A stretch of DNA of 64,000 nucleotides from an uncultured Candidatus Bathyarchaeia archaeon. GTDB taxonomy: Archaea; Thermoproteota; CALKCG01; B24. The notes under the pieces were generated by a model. The model was not told where the DNA came from. It saw only the letters and a list, made by a program, of their open reading frames with translations, and searched no databases. The DNA is taken from the NCBI GenBank assembly GCA_964568845.1, contig CAZMSC010000003.1:1608-65607 (forward strand), in the 5' to 3' direction. This document shows positions 1 to 10,081 of this stretch, piece after piece (the first letter of the stretch is position 1; each line of letters begins with the position of its first letter). The translations under genes were made by a program, and so were the position numbers.

Positions 1-435
1 ATATTCAAAGCCATAGCGATGAGCAACTTTGGCAATGGACCATACGTGAAGGCAATACTGATGGGCAGGGCACCCGTAACCGCAGTTATGAAATCATCCT
101 ACTTTGCCGAATTGGCTGAAAGAGGACGGCTACCAAAATACTTTGAAGAACTCTTCGGCAACTTGCCCGAGAAATTCTTTATAAGCGCTTCAGACTTGCA
201 AACCATGCTGAGCGGCAGATTTAAAGAGGTACCATGGGGTGCGGTTGGACTCTACACTTATTTGGATAGAATAAAGGTTGGCCTCCAGCAACTGATGGCT
301 GGAACAAGGAAATGGAAACTCAATCTGCTAGATAGAAGAGACCTAGTAGCGTTGTCGGAGAGAGCCTCGAAGGTTACTGGTATACCATTGCCTGAAGAGG
401 CATCCAACGACGTTCTGGAAAGCATACTGTCGTAG
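1..435 (+). CDS. FMN-binding glutamate synthase family protein (archaeal GltB2-type), C-terminal part; starts before the window
   Basis: Frame open from base 1 (IFKAIAMS...). Motifs GPYVKAILMGRAPVTA and GLQQLMAG-RKW-L---DR-DL-AL fit the C-terminus of the archaeal FMN glutamate synthase domain. Confidence 0.8.
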   Translation: MFKAIAMSNFGNGPYVKAILMGRAPVTAVMKSSYFAELAERGRLPKYFEELFGNLPEKFFISASDLQTMLSGRFKEVPWGAVGLYTYLDRIKVGLQQLMAGTRKWKLNLLDRRDLVALSERASKVTGIPLPEEASNDVLESILS

Positions 436-444
436 GCGATAAGC

Positions 445-1083
445 ATGGTCTCAAGATTCTGCGTTGAATGTAAAAACTTTGAGGATAGAATGGAGATAGA
501 CGGCATTGTCCTATGTGCCAAAGGTCACCGCCCCGGCGTTGCTTGCCCAGAATTTCAAGACAAATTTGAAGGTGTAAAAGCTACGGCGTCAAAGACAAGG
601 TTCTGCATCGAATGTAAAAATTTCGAGGATAGGACAGATATTGATGGGGTTGTTGTCTGTGCTAGAGGACATTACCCTGGGGTTAGTTGTACAGAGTTCC
701 AAGATAGGACTGTCGACATCTTCTATTCATATATCTACTGGAGCTACCTTTACAGTAGCGGCAAGGTCGATGAAGGTAAGGCTTACTGGGAAGCGAGGCT
801 TTCAAGGGGGCTTTCACCTCAAGAACTGGCATACGCCGTCCTAATCGAATATTTCAGTCTAGGCTTAGACTACTCCGACTTTATCAGATGTTGGAACGTT
901 GCAAGAAAAGTCTATAGGCAAAAAATACCGGTTATCCAGGAAATTCTAGATGCAGCCCTGAAGAGGTATGGTTTGTTTGGCGAAAGAACAGATTTGAAGA
1001 GGGCTTTCTCAGATATACTCTATGGAGGAAAAAATCCAGAAGACGTTGTTGTTGAGATTTCTAAGGGCTTTTATAAAGGGTAG
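445..1083 (+). CDS. Hypothetical protein with two tandem Cys4 metal-binding repeats and a helical C-terminal domain
   Basis: RFCVECKNFEDR..C.KGH.PGV.C.EFQD occurs twice with a 48-aa period; tightly packed between gltB2-like and sudB-like genes. Confidence 0.75.
   Translation: MVSRFCVECKNFEDRMEIDGIVLCAKGHRPGVACPEFQDKFEGVKATASKTRFCIECKNFEDRTDIDGVVVCARGHYPGVSCTEFQDRTVDIFYSYIYWSYLYSSGKVDEGKAYWEARLSRGLSPQELAYAVLIEYFSLGLDYSDFIRCWNVARKVYRQKIPVIQEILDAALKRYGLFGERTDLKRAFSDILYGGKNPEDVVVEISKGFYKG
451..708 (+). repeat. Intragenic direct repeat, two ~114-bp units (451-564, 595-708)
   Basis: e.g. TTCTGCGTTGAATGTAAAAACTTTGAGGATAG vs TTCTGCATCGAATGTAAAAATTTCGAGGATAG; many differences are synonymous. Confidence 0.9.
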
Positions 1084-1094
1084 GTTGGTTAGTT

Positions 1095-1934
1095 ATGGAG
1101 AATGAAATAATCTTCAAGGAGGAGTTGGCCCCGGAGGTTAAGCTCATAAAAGTAAGAGCACCGCTGATCGCGAGAAAGGCAAAAACAGGACAGTTTGTAA
1201 TTTTAAGGGTGAACGAAGATGGTGAAAGAATTCCCTTAACCCTAATCGATTGGGATCCTAAAGACGGTACAATAACTCTGGTGTTTAAAGAGGCGGGAGC
1301 TTCCACAAAGGAGCTTGGAAATTTAGAAGTTGGGGACGTCATCCACGATTTAGTAGGGCCGCTTGGAAAACCAAGCGAAATCCCCTTACATAGCAAAGTC
1401 TGTGTAATCGGTAGAGGAGTTGCCATCGCAGCAGCCTACGAAAGGGCTAAGAAAATGAAAGAGGCAGGTAACAACGTGACGGCTATAATCAGTGCCCGAA
1501 CAGCTGAACAGTTAATCTTCAAAGATCAATTTAGAAAGGTAAGCGACAAACTCTACATAGTCACGGATGACGGCTCAGACGGAGTAAAAGGGTATGCTAA
1601 TGACCTTCTCAGAAGCCTACTGGAGTCTGGAGAAAGATTCGATTTAGTCTATGCCGTTGGGGCGGCGACTTTGATGAAGTCAATTTCAGAGACAACCAAA
1701 CCCCATAAGATTAAAACAATCGTCAGCCTCAACTCTCTAATGGTTGATGGGACAGGGATGTGCGGATGTTGCCGTGTAACAGTTGCTGGTAAACCCATGT
1801 TTACATGTGTCGACGGACCAGACTTTGACGCCCATCTAGTGGACTTTGACGAGTTTAGAGCCAGAATCCACATGTATAACGAAGAGGAAAAACTCGTCCT
1901 CAAAATAGCGGAGGAGTGCAGATGCAGAAGCTAG
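1095..1934 (+). CDS. sudB: NfnA/SudB-like FAD/[2Fe-2S] subunit (ferredoxin-NADP reductase family)
   Basis: GQFVILR..GERIPLT, GPLG, TDDGS.G.KG, MVDGTGMCGCCR..CVDGP.FD. Confidence 0.9.
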   Translation: MENEIIFKEELAPEVKLIKVRAPLIARKAKTGQFVILRVNEDGERIPLTLIDWDPKDGTITLVFKEAGASTKELGNLEVGDVIHDLVGPLGKPSEIPLHSKVCVIGRGVAIAAAYERAKKMKEAGNNVTAIISARTAEQLIFKDQFRKVSDKLYIVTDDGSDGVKGYANDLLRSLLESGERFDLVYAVGAATLMKSISETTKPHKIKTIVSLNSLMVDGTGMCGCCRVTVAGKPMFTCVDGPDFDAHLVDFDEFRARIHMYNEEEKLVLKIAEECRCRS

Positions 1935-3307
1935 AGGTAAGACTAAAACAAGTTAGCATGCCAGAATTACCCGTGGAAGAGCGTCTGCGCACCTTCAATG
2001 AGGTGGCTTTAGGATACTCTGAAGAGCAGGCGTTAGCCGAAGCGGCAAGATGTCTCCAATGCACACGTCCCCTTTGTGTGGAAATGTGTCCACTACACAT
2101 TGATATACCTGAATTTATAAAGCTCATCAGGTTAGGCAATTATACGGAAGCCGCTGAAAAAATCCGGCAGAAGAACTGTATGCCATCAGTCTGTGGAAGA
2201 GTATGCCCACAGGAAGCATTGTGTGCCATGGGATGCAAAAACACAATAGGCGACCCAATAAACATAGGAGCCCTTGAAAGGTTCGTCGCCGACTGGGAAT
2301 TAGAAACTGGAGTAAGGGTTCCCGAGGTTGCGCCATCAACTGGAAAAAGCGTAGCTGTCGTCGGAAGCGGACCGGCTGGCTTAACCGTTGCAACAGAGTT
2401 GGCGAAGATGGGACACCATGCAGTTGTTTTCGAGGCATTACATGAGCCGGGCGGCGTTTTAATCTACGGCATACCGGAGTTTCGACTTCCAAAGAGGGTT
2501 GTTAAGCAAGAAATCGATTATGTTAAAAAGCTTGGTGTTGAAATAAAGACAAACATTATCGTGGGCAAAACGCTGACAATAGACGACCTCTTTGATGAAG
2601 GTTTCAACGCTGTTTTCATAGGTACTGGAGCGGGCTTACCTAAGCTTTTAGGCATTCCAGGGGAAAGCCTCTGTGGTGTCTACTCTCTAAACGAGTTCTT
2701 ACTAAGAATAAACCTCATGAAGGCAAACTTATTCCCGTATAAAAGTAAAACTCCGATAAAAGTTAGGGGCAGGGTTGCAATATTGGGCGCAAGAGGGATG
2801 GACGCTGCGAGGGCCGCTCTCAGGCTGGGAGTAGATGAAGCCTGCATATTCTACCAAAGAAAAGTTGTGGGAAGAGCCGACGATATAAGGCGGGGATTAG
2901 AAGAAGGTGTAAAACTATACCCATCGACAAAGCCTATTAGGCTTATAGGTGATGAGAAACGATGGGTGAAACTCGTTGAACTCGTGAAGTTAAAGCCGGG
3001 ACAACCCGATAGGACAGGTAAAGTAAAACTAATCCCGGAGCCCGGCTCAGAGTTCCTCTACAGCGCTGAAACGGTTATAATTGCAACGGAGCACATACCC
3101 AATACGATCGTAGCGGCAAACACTACGAGAAACATAAAAATTGCAAAAAAGAATAAAACAATAATCGTCAACCAAGAAAACCTAGAGGCGGCGAACGGAA
3201 TTTTCGCAGGAGGCGATGTGGTAAGCGGAGCTGCATCAGTCATAAAAGCCATAGAAGCGGGGAAAAGAGCGGCACAATCAATAAACGCATACATTACAAA
3301 ACATTAA
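1916..3307 (+). CDS. sudA: NfnB/SudA-like (GltD homologue) flavoprotein with two [4Fe-4S] clusters
   Basis: EA.RCLQC..P.C...CP, CGRVCPQE..C...C, FAD motif GSGPAG, YGIPEFRLP, GIFAGGD. Confidence 0.9.
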   Translation: MQMQKLEVRLKQVSMPELPVEERLRTFNEVALGYSEEQALAEAARCLQCTRPLCVEMCPLHIDIPEFIKLIRLGNYTEAAEKIRQKNCMPSVCGRVCPQEALCAMGCKNTIGDPINIGALERFVADWELETGVRVPEVAPSTGKSVAVVGSGPAGLTVATELAKMGHHAVVFEALHEPGGVLIYGIPEFRLPKRVVKQEIDYVKKLGVEIKTNIIVGKTLTIDDLFDEGFNAVFIGTGAGLPKLLGIPGESLCGVYSLNEFLLRINLMKANLFPYKSKTPIKVRGRVAILGARGMDAARAALRLGVDEACIFYQRKVVGRADDIRRGLEEGVKLYPSTKPIRLIGDEKRWVKLVELVKLKPGQPDRTGKVKLIPEPGSEFLYSAETVIIATEHIPNTIVAANTTRNIKIAKKNKTIIVNQENLEAANGIFAGGDVVSGAASVIKAIEAGKRAAQSINAYITKH

Positions 3308-3551
3308 ACACAGCACAGTTTCATCTCTTATTTTTTGATAATGCTTAATATATTTTTCATTTCTTGAGGAGGCTTCATGACTTTTCTTTCAACCCCAAAA
3401 ATGTCTTCCGGCTTATAGAAACCCTGCCTCTTGATAAGCATGTTGCTGGTTTTTCCAAGTTAGCAGTAAACACTCAGATGGGGAGGGTATGTGTGTGGGT
3501 TTGGGGTAAATTTAATAACAGAAAGATACGTGGTTAAACTTTAGCTACGGT

Positions 3552-4007
3552 TCATCCATCTTTAAAGGCACGGGCTTGCCCGTTGAATACGTGTAATCTG
3601 GCTTTCCCATAGACTATTGTACGCCACCCAGATTGCTGATGTAGGCTTATAGACTCTCCAGAGAGGAGGCGTATTATAAGCGGACATTCAAGCTTCTTAG
3701 CAGTTTCGCAAATATGTGATATCAACTCAGGCGGCGGTCTGATCGAGTATAGGAGCGACGCGCCCTCGTATATTTCCATGTTAGGTGTTAAAATATTATC
3801 AACATAGGCTGTTAAACCCAGCTTTTTGGCTTCTTCAACGGCATCTGGGTTTACGTCTACGACAACTATTGAGGTGTTTGGAAGCCTCTTTTTCAGAGCA
3901 ATGGCTACGTCAAATTGAAAACCAACACCTATCTCGACTATTTTAGAGGCATTTCCACATTTTAGAGCTATGAATTCAGCTATATCTTCAGCATCCATTA
4001 GAGGCAT
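3552..4007 (-). CDS. UPF0146 family protein
   Basis: KIVEIGVG, D-I--P---IY-GA-L-YSIRPPPEL signature. Confidence 0.85.
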   Translation of the reverse strand: MPLMDAEDIAEFIALKCGNASKIVEIGVGFQFDVAIALKKRLPNTSIVVVDVNPDAVEEAKKLGLTAYVDNILTPNMEIYEGASLLYSIRPPPELISHICETAKKLECPLIIRLLSGESISLHQQSGWRTIVYGKARLHVFNGQARAFKDG

Positions 4008-4010
4008 GGA

Positions 4011-4430
4011 TCAAACCTCTCTGAATTCTTCAAGTTTAGCCGATAAAATAGCCTCGGGAGGAAAACCCTTTCTATATGCCTCCTCCAACGCTATCTTATA
4101 GTACTTGTAGCTCTTCCTCAAGTCTTCGGGTTTTAAGAGGAGCCAACCATAGCCTGACCTTTTAAACTTAACTGCAAGGTAAGGATCAGCGCCGAACTTA
4201 TTAGAAAATCTGACGAGTTGGTCTAAGCTTTCCAACCCAACGTATAAAACTTTACGGTTGGTTGTTTTAACCTCCAATGCTATGCAGAGCCCTCTTCGCC
4301 CGGCTACTATATCAGGTCTGTCGGATTTTGTTCCAGAGCCTGAAGCCGGCGCTCTTAAAACGGCAAAGCCTAGCTTTTCAAGCTTATTGACGAGCTCTCT
4401 CTCCTCTTTAAACCCTCTGCGGTTAGGCAA
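4011..4430 (-). CDS. hjc: Holliday junction resolvase Hjc
   Basis: G...ERELV..L...GFAVLRAPASG...PDIVA...EVK nuclease motif. Confidence 0.92.
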   Translation of the reverse strand: MPNRRGFKEERELVNKLEKLGFAVLRAPASGSGTKSDRPDIVAGRRGLCIALEVKTTNRKVLYVGLESLDQLVRFSNKFGADPYLAVKFKRSGYGWLLLKPEDLRKSYKYYKIALEEAYRKGFPPEAILSAKLEEFREV

Positions 4431-4478
4431 GATTATTCCAATAAAAAGAAGGCGGTTGAAGCTTAAAAATTTGGAGGT

Positions 4479-6920
4479 TTACTCTAATTCCTCAGACCAG
4501 CTGAATTTGAAGAATGGTTTGTCTTTCCTAGATTCTGCAAGTCTCTCCAGTAGAATCTTCCTCTCTATAGATGCTACAAGCAGCCTCGTCTCTATGACTT
4601 TATCTGGATTCACGGATAGGCTTGTGGCACCCTCTTTAACCAGAAATTCGACGATCTCTGGATAGTTTGAGGGGGCCTGTCCACAGATGCTCGTAGTCAC
4701 GCTATGCTCACGACACAATCTTATTACGTGACTTAAAGCCCTTAAAACCGCCAAGTTTCTCTCGTCGTAAATCTCTTGAACAGATGCATCATCTCTATCT
4801 ATGCCGAGTATAAGCATTGTAAGGTCGTTTGTCCCAAAACTCACACCGTCGATACCAGCTTCGATAAATTTATCTATCAGTAGTACTGTGCTCGGCACTT
4901 CAACCATTATCCAAACCTTGAAGTCCGGTCCCTTCCTCAGCCCCTCCTCCTCCATGATTTTAAGACAGTTCTTAAACTCTTCAACCGTTCTCACAAACGG
5001 CACCATAACCCACACGTTTTTAAGACCATACTCCTCTCGGACCTTTCTAATAGCTTGGCATTCAAGTCTAAATATGTCGGGTTCCTTAATGTATCTGAAG
5101 GCTCCTCTGTAACCTATTAGAGGATTGGGGCCGACGTGCCCAGTCTCCTTCTCGTACTTTTCACCGCCAGGTAACGATAGGAACTCATCTGGTTTAAAGT
5201 CTAGGAATCTGTATACTACAGGTCTTGGGAAGAAGGCCTGTGCAACTTTTCTAATGCCTTCGGCGAAGGCATCGACCATTTTTTCAGCTCCACCCTCCTC
5301 TATGAGAAGCCTCGGATGTTTACCTACACTGAGCATTAAGTGCTCAGCTCTAAGCAGTCCAACACCATCAGGATGGCTTTCATTGAAAACCTTATCTGCA
5401 ACATCTGGTATTGAGAGGTTTACGTATATTTTCGTAGCCGTTACAGGAGGATATATGGCCCATTGCGGTAGTGCCATAACTGCTTCCGCAGCAGCTGTTG
5501 GAGCGGCTTTAGGTGCGGGCTTAATTAAAGACTCAACTATGCCTTCATAGACAACGCCTGATGCTGCATCAATCGTATAGTGGAGGCCAGTTTTAAGAAC
5601 CTTTGTAGCCTCTTTAGATCCAACTATGCAAGGTATTCCCAATTCTCTTGAAACTATGGCAGCGTGGCAAGTCATACCTCCATCATCAGTTACTATCGCA
5701 CCTGCCATCCTCATGTAGGGAACCCAGTCCGGGTTCGTCATTTTTGTAACCAGTATATCTCCTTTCTCCATGACCTTAGCGGCTTCCTGATGGTCTAAAG
5801 CCACTTTAACTCTACCCGCGTATATCCCTGGACTGGCAGGCAAACCTTTGAGAACTGGTACGAGTTTCTCAATTGGCGCTGGCGCCTCTCCGGCGGGTTT
5901 CTCCTCGACTTTAAAGCTCCAAACGGTTTCAGGCCTAGACTGAACTATGAACACGTTTTCAGGAAACGGCATGTCTCTATCTATTGCAAACTCTATGTCT
6001 TGAGGCTTCCCGTAGTGTTCTTCTATACGTTTAGCAAGCTTAGTAAGCTCCACTATTTCATCGTCCGTCAAACACGGTATGCGTCTACGCTCGGGAGGTA
6101 TTTCAACGTGCAGTGTTTTACCAGTCTTGGGATCTCTTACATATTCAACTGTTTTCTCCGCAACCTCTTTACTGATGATTTTAAGTGTGGCTTTATCGAC
6201 TATGAATCTGTCGGGTGTTACCGCTCCCGATACTACAGCCTCTCCTAAACCCCATGCGCCTTCGATTACGATTTTACTCCTATCGCCTGTAACTGGGTGA
6301 ATAGTGAAAATCACTCCTGCGGCTTTGCTATTTACCATTTTCTGAACAGCTACACTTATCAAGACCTTCTCATGTGGAAAGCCCTTCTGAGTTCTATAGA
6401 ATATTGCTCTAGGAGTGAATAGACTGGACCAGCATTTACGAACGTAGTAAACGAGGTCGTCACTGCCCTTAACGTTTAAGAAAGTCTCCTGCTGCCCTGC
6501 GAAAGACGCATCAGGTAGGTCTTCAGCAGTAGCAGAGGACCTTACAGCTACGAATGCTTCAACAGCTCCTACCCTATTGTTAAGCATCCTGTAAGACTCT
6601 TTTATGGCTTCCTCTATCGAGCTTGGTATCGGCGTAGACTCTATCAGATCTCTAATCTTTGCAGAAGCTTCTTCATACTGTTTCGGGTCGTTCGGGTCTT
6701 TAACGGTTTCTCTTATGATCGAATAAACCTTCTCAGCTATACCGGTTTCTTCTAGGAAGAGCTTATACGCGTAGGCTGACACCGCGAACCCCGGCGGCAC
6801 TGGTATTCCAGCATTTATCATTTCACCTAGGTTTGCACACTTACCTCCAACTAATGGAACATCTCCCTTTCCAAGCTCTTCAAACCAAAGGACTAGTTTT
6901 TTCGCTCTATCTTCAGCCAT
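4479..6920 (-). CDS. ppsA: Phosphoenolpyruvate synthase
   Basis: VGGK.ANLGE, AVRSSATAEDLPDASFAGQQ, phospho-His GG.TCHAAIVSRE, ICGQAPS. Confidence 0.96.
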   Translation of the reverse strand: MAEDRAKKLVLWFEELGKGDVPLVGGKCANLGEMINAGIPVPPGFAVSAYAYKLFLEETGIAEKVYSIIRETVKDPNDPKQYEEASAKIRDLIESTPIPSSIEEAIKESYRMLNNRVGAVEAFVAVRSSATAEDLPDASFAGQQETFLNVKGSDDLVYYVRKCWSSLFTPRAIFYRTQKGFPHEKVLISVAVQKMVNSKAAGVIFTIHPVTGDRSKIVIEGAWGLGEAVVSGAVTPDRFIVDKATLKIISKEVAEKTVEYVRDPKTGKTLHVEIPPERRRIPCLTDDEIVELTKLAKRIEEHYGKPQDIEFAIDRDMPFPENVFIVQSRPETVWSFKVEEKPAGEAPAPIEKLVPVLKGLPASPGIYAGRVKVALDHQEAAKVMEKGDILVTKMTNPDWVPYMRMAGAIVTDDGGMTCHAAIVSRELGIPCIVGSKEATKVLKTGLHYTIDAASGVVYEGIVESLIKPAPKAAPTAAAEAVMALPQWAIYPPVTATKIYVNLSIPDVADKVFNESHPDGVGLLRAEHLMLSVGKHPRLLIEEGGAEKMVDAFAEGIRKVAQAFFPRPVVYRFLDFKPDEFLSLPGGEKYEKETGHVGPNPLIGYRGAFRYIKEPDIFRLECQAIRKVREEYGLKNVWVMVPFVRTVEEFKNCLKIMEEEGLRKGPDFKVWIMVEVPSTVLLIDKFIEAGIDGVSFGTNDLTMLILGIDRDDASVQEIYDERNLAVLRALSHVIRLCREHSVTTSICGQAPSNYPEIVEFLVKEGATSLSVNPDKVIETRLLVASIERKILLERLAESRKDKPFFKFSWSEELE

Positions 6921-6977
6921 CTCTTACCACCCTTTAATACAACATAAACCGTTTAATCGTCATATTTAAGAGTTCGG

Positions 6978-8420
6978 TTAGAAGGACCTTATAAATCCTC
7001 TAACAACATCGGAGATTGATTTCAGAAGCGGATGTTTTATGCCGTCTAAGTCTTTGAGGTTTTCAAGCCTGTTTATTCTAAAGTAAATGGGAGGGTGCGG
7101 GTCCCATCCCAGCCAAGATTCAAATCTAAACTCTGGAGACCTTTCAAGCCTAAGCCTGTTGTAACCTATCTTTCTAAGAGACTCTGCCAACAGCTGAGGC
7201 TGTCTAGTTTTAATAGCTGCTTCTAAATCCGATTTAGCTTCTAGAAACTTCCCTATGAAAAATATGACGCTCATTACTAAGAAGAAGTATAGGAAAGGTA
7301 TGAAAAACAGTACGGGTGCTATTGGGAGTAAAACGTATAACCTGAATAGGTATTCGAAGGCAGATAAAGCGAATAGTATAGCTGGGTCTCTACCTTTAAG
7401 ATGGCTAAGCTCGTGATTTAACACAGCATAAACTTCACCCTCCTCTAGCGCTGTTAATAAACCGGTTGTTACCATGACTACTCCGAATCTAGGGCCGATA
7501 CCGGAGGCGGCGGCGTTCGGTATCATGGTGTTGGAAATGACTATACGCGGCATGGGAAGGTTGAATTCTTCACTAGCCTCTTTGATGAGCCTGTAGACGT
7601 TTATCGTTTTGATCTGAAGGTCTTCCGGTCTAAAGAATATACCATTCCTCTGCAGGACATCACCTATCACGTTTGGGTCTAAGCCCCTATTCTGAGCCAG
7701 AGTCTTCTCATAGATCTCGCGTTTAATCTGGTAGAGCCAATCCCTACCTTTAACTTTAATCATATCTAAAACGATCCTATATTCGTCTGGGAAAAGATGA
7801 TACTGAACCAACGTTACGTTTTGACTTGAACTCGTTATCTTCCAGTCTCCAAGCTTCATTATTATCTTATGTGAGCAGAGGAGGATGCAGAACTGGAAAA
7901 GCACTATTATTATGGGAGCATAGAATGGACTTATTGCAAATATGAGCATGTTTATCACTAGAAATGCTACGAAGAACAGTATCATACTGTCTGTGAAAAT
8001 GCGTTCAATCAGCCTAGTCTTAGCTTTAAACCTCTCAGGTATAGGACTGCTGTTTTCAACAAACGTAAAGAAGATCGAGGACCTTCGGAAATTATCTTCA
8101 AACATCCTAACGGCGATTATAAGGTCTTCTTTAACCCTATCTATTAGAGGCTTTTCAACTAAGCCTTCCCAGGATATCGTAAACTCCAGTATTTTAAAAG
8201 CCCTAACCTCAACGTGGATAAGACCGTTTTCCAATAGTATGGTGAATCTTAAACCCTCTCCAAGAAAGTCTCTAGTCTTTTCAACGCGCATTACGCGGTT
8301 TCCGAGGGGGAGAACATAAGTGTCGTAGATGAAGTCTAGTATAAGTGGGACATATACGTCACTAACACTAGTGTATAGTGTAAACACCATTATGTTATCG
8401 AAACTTTTCCAAGAGTACAA
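6978..8420 (-). CDS. Membrane M48 (HtpX-like) zinc metalloprotease with long N-terminal extension
   Basis: PNAAASG, VTTGLL, HELSH zinc motif, E..SD, HPP...RI; several TM segments. Confidence 0.85.
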   Translation of the reverse strand: MYSWKSFDNIMVFTLYTSVSDVYVPLILDFIYDTYVLPLGNRVMRVEKTRDFLGEGLRFTILLENGLIHVEVRAFKILEFTISWEGLVEKPLIDRVKEDLIIAVRMFEDNFRRSSIFFTFVENSSPIPERFKAKTRLIERIFTDSMILFFVAFLVINMLIFAISPFYAPIIIVLFQFCILLCSHKIIMKLGDWKITSSSQNVTLVQYHLFPDEYRIVLDMIKVKGRDWLYQIKREIYEKTLAQNRGLDPNVIGDVLQRNGIFFRPEDLQIKTINVYRLIKEASEEFNLPMPRIVISNTMIPNAAASGIGPRFGVVMVTTGLLTALEEGEVYAVLNHELSHLKGRDPAILFALSAFEYLFRLYVLLPIAPVLFFIPFLYFFLVMSVIFFIGKFLEAKSDLEAAIKTRQPQLLAESLRKIGYNRLRLERSPEFRFESWLGWDPHPPIYFRINRLENLKDLDGIKHPLLKSISDVVRGFIRSF

Positions 8421-8488
8421 ACTCCTAAAGTTATTATTTCAAAAACATACTGTTAAATTTAACCCTAGTAGGTTTATGAGGTGAAACT

Positions 8489-9280
8489 ATGGGGTTTAAA
8501 GCCGCAATCTTCGATTTAGATGGATGTCTATACAGAGGAGATGCTCCTATAGAAGGCGCTTCAAAAGCCTTAGAAGAATTGAGGGGAATGGGGTTTAAAA
8601 TGATGTTCCTCACCAATAACGCTACGAAGACCGTAGAAGAATATACGAATAGGCTAAACATAATCGGTATAAGATGTCGGAGAGAGGAAGTGCTTACGTC
8701 AGGCTTAGCCACTTCAATATACCTAGCTGAAAGATATGGTTCAGTTAAAGTATTACCCGTAGGAGGGAGAGCCCTTGAGGAAGAGCTTAGAAGGATAGGG
8801 CATACCGTTTTAAATCTTAGAGAAAATTATGAGGCTGAGTTTGTAGTAGCATGTTTAGACTTCGACTTCAATTACGAGAAACTTAAAAACGCATGTCAAG
8901 CCATATACAATGGAGCTAGATTTATCGCTACAAACGCAGATCCAACCGTTCCCGTTGAAGACCGATTAATCCCAGGTGCTGGCGCAATAGTCGCAGCCAT
9001 ATCTAAGGCAACGGGTAGAAGACCTCTAGTGGTGGGGAAGCCGTCGCGGATAATCATGAGGGTCGCTCTTGAAAAGCTTGGGGTTGAAGGCTCTGAAACC
9101 GTGGTTGTTGGAGATAGATTGGATACTGATGTGAGAGCTGGTTGGAAAATCAATGCTTTAACAGTACTTGTTTTAACGGGAGCTACAAGTCTAAGGGATT
9201 TGGAAAGGTGGAGGGGGGTTAAACCAAGTCTCGTCTTGGAAAGCGTAAGAGAGCTTCCGGAAGCTCTTAAAAGGCTTTGA
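8489..9280 (+). CDS. HAD-superfamily IIA hydrolase (NagD-like)
   Basis: FDLDG, LTNNAT, ATNAD, GKPS, VGDRLDTD. Confidence 0.9.
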   Translation: MGFKAAIFDLDGCLYRGDAPIEGASKALEELRGMGFKMMFLTNNATKTVEEYTNRLNIIGIRCRREEVLTSGLATSIYLAERYGSVKVLPVGGRALEEELRRIGHTVLNLRENYEAEFVVACLDFDFNYEKLKNACQAIYNGARFIATNADPTVPVEDRLIPGAGAIVAAISKATGRRPLVVGKPSRIIMRVALEKLGVEGSETVVVGDRLDTDVRAGWKINALTVLVLTGATSLRDLERWRGVKPSLVLESVRELPEALKRL

Positions 9281-10015
9281 ACACATCAATACACTAGGTT
9301 TCAAAATCTTTCCAATATTGTTGGAAAGACTGTAAGGGTTTACTAGAGGATCTATTAAAAGTAGAGTTTCTAAAACCCCGAGATGTATGCGGTCTAACAC
9401 GTAGTCTCGGTATGGTTTTCTGCTGATGACGCTCTCAACGGTGTCTAAGTCAACCCCGGCGACGTATATGCGGCCAAGCCCAGAGAGGGCTATTTCATCA
9501 GCCCAGTTGAGCCATCTCCAAGATAACGCGCAAACGACCTCATCGTCATGAACCTCTCTAACGTAGAGTTCAACTGGGAAATCCCTGTAAAACATGTATA
9601 GAGTTTCGAGTTTTCCGACTGCCATATAGCATCCATCGAACAGTTGAGACTTTAAAATATTTATTGGAATGGTTATCGTTACGTTTTTCAAACCAGCGTC
9701 TACGTATAAACCATTCTCCTTGAGAGCCAAAACCCTACACTTCAACATACAGCCTTTCGAGATGTCTAGATAGGTTTTCGGGAGAATACCGATTGTGGTG
9801 TATAGTAGGTTTAAAGCGGCTTCTAAATCTTCACCTTTAAGGGATGCTTCCACCCATCCATCAGATTCGATAAAATACTCTAAGATGCGTACTCTGAGGG
9901 GTTTCATTAAAGAGTTTAATAGCTTCTCTAAGGCTTTCAAACCTTGAGGACCGTATAAGCCGTAGATCCTCTGGTTCAACTTAACACTACATCTATCACT
10001 TTGAGGCATTTCCAC
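9191..10015 (-). CDS. DUF2110-like protein
   Basis: GW.E..L.GED.EAA.N.L pattern and OB-like GLYVD; sits downstream of tfe as usual in archaea. Confidence 0.65.
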   Translation of the reverse strand: MEMPQSDRCSVKLNQRIYGLYGPQGLKALEKLLNSLMKPLRVRILEYFIESDGWVEASLKGEDLEAALNLLYTTIGILPKTYLDISKGCMLKCRVLALKENGLYVDAGLKNVTITIPINILKSQLFDGCYMAVGKLETLYMFYRDFPVELYVREVHDDEVVCALSWRWLNWADEIALSGLGRIYVAGVDLDTVESVISRKPYRDYVLDRIHLGVLETLLLIDPLVNPYSLSNNIGKILKPSVLMCSKPFKSFRKLSYAFQDETWFNPPPPFQIP

Positions 10016-10081
10016 AACCTCTTCACATTTTACGGTTGCATTAAAGGTTCCGATAAAACTGTTGAGTAAATATAAGAATTA

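Noticed and set aside
3328..3441. 37-aa minus-strand ORF MLIKRQGFYKPEDIFG...
   Set aside because: Too short, no recognisable family or RBS.
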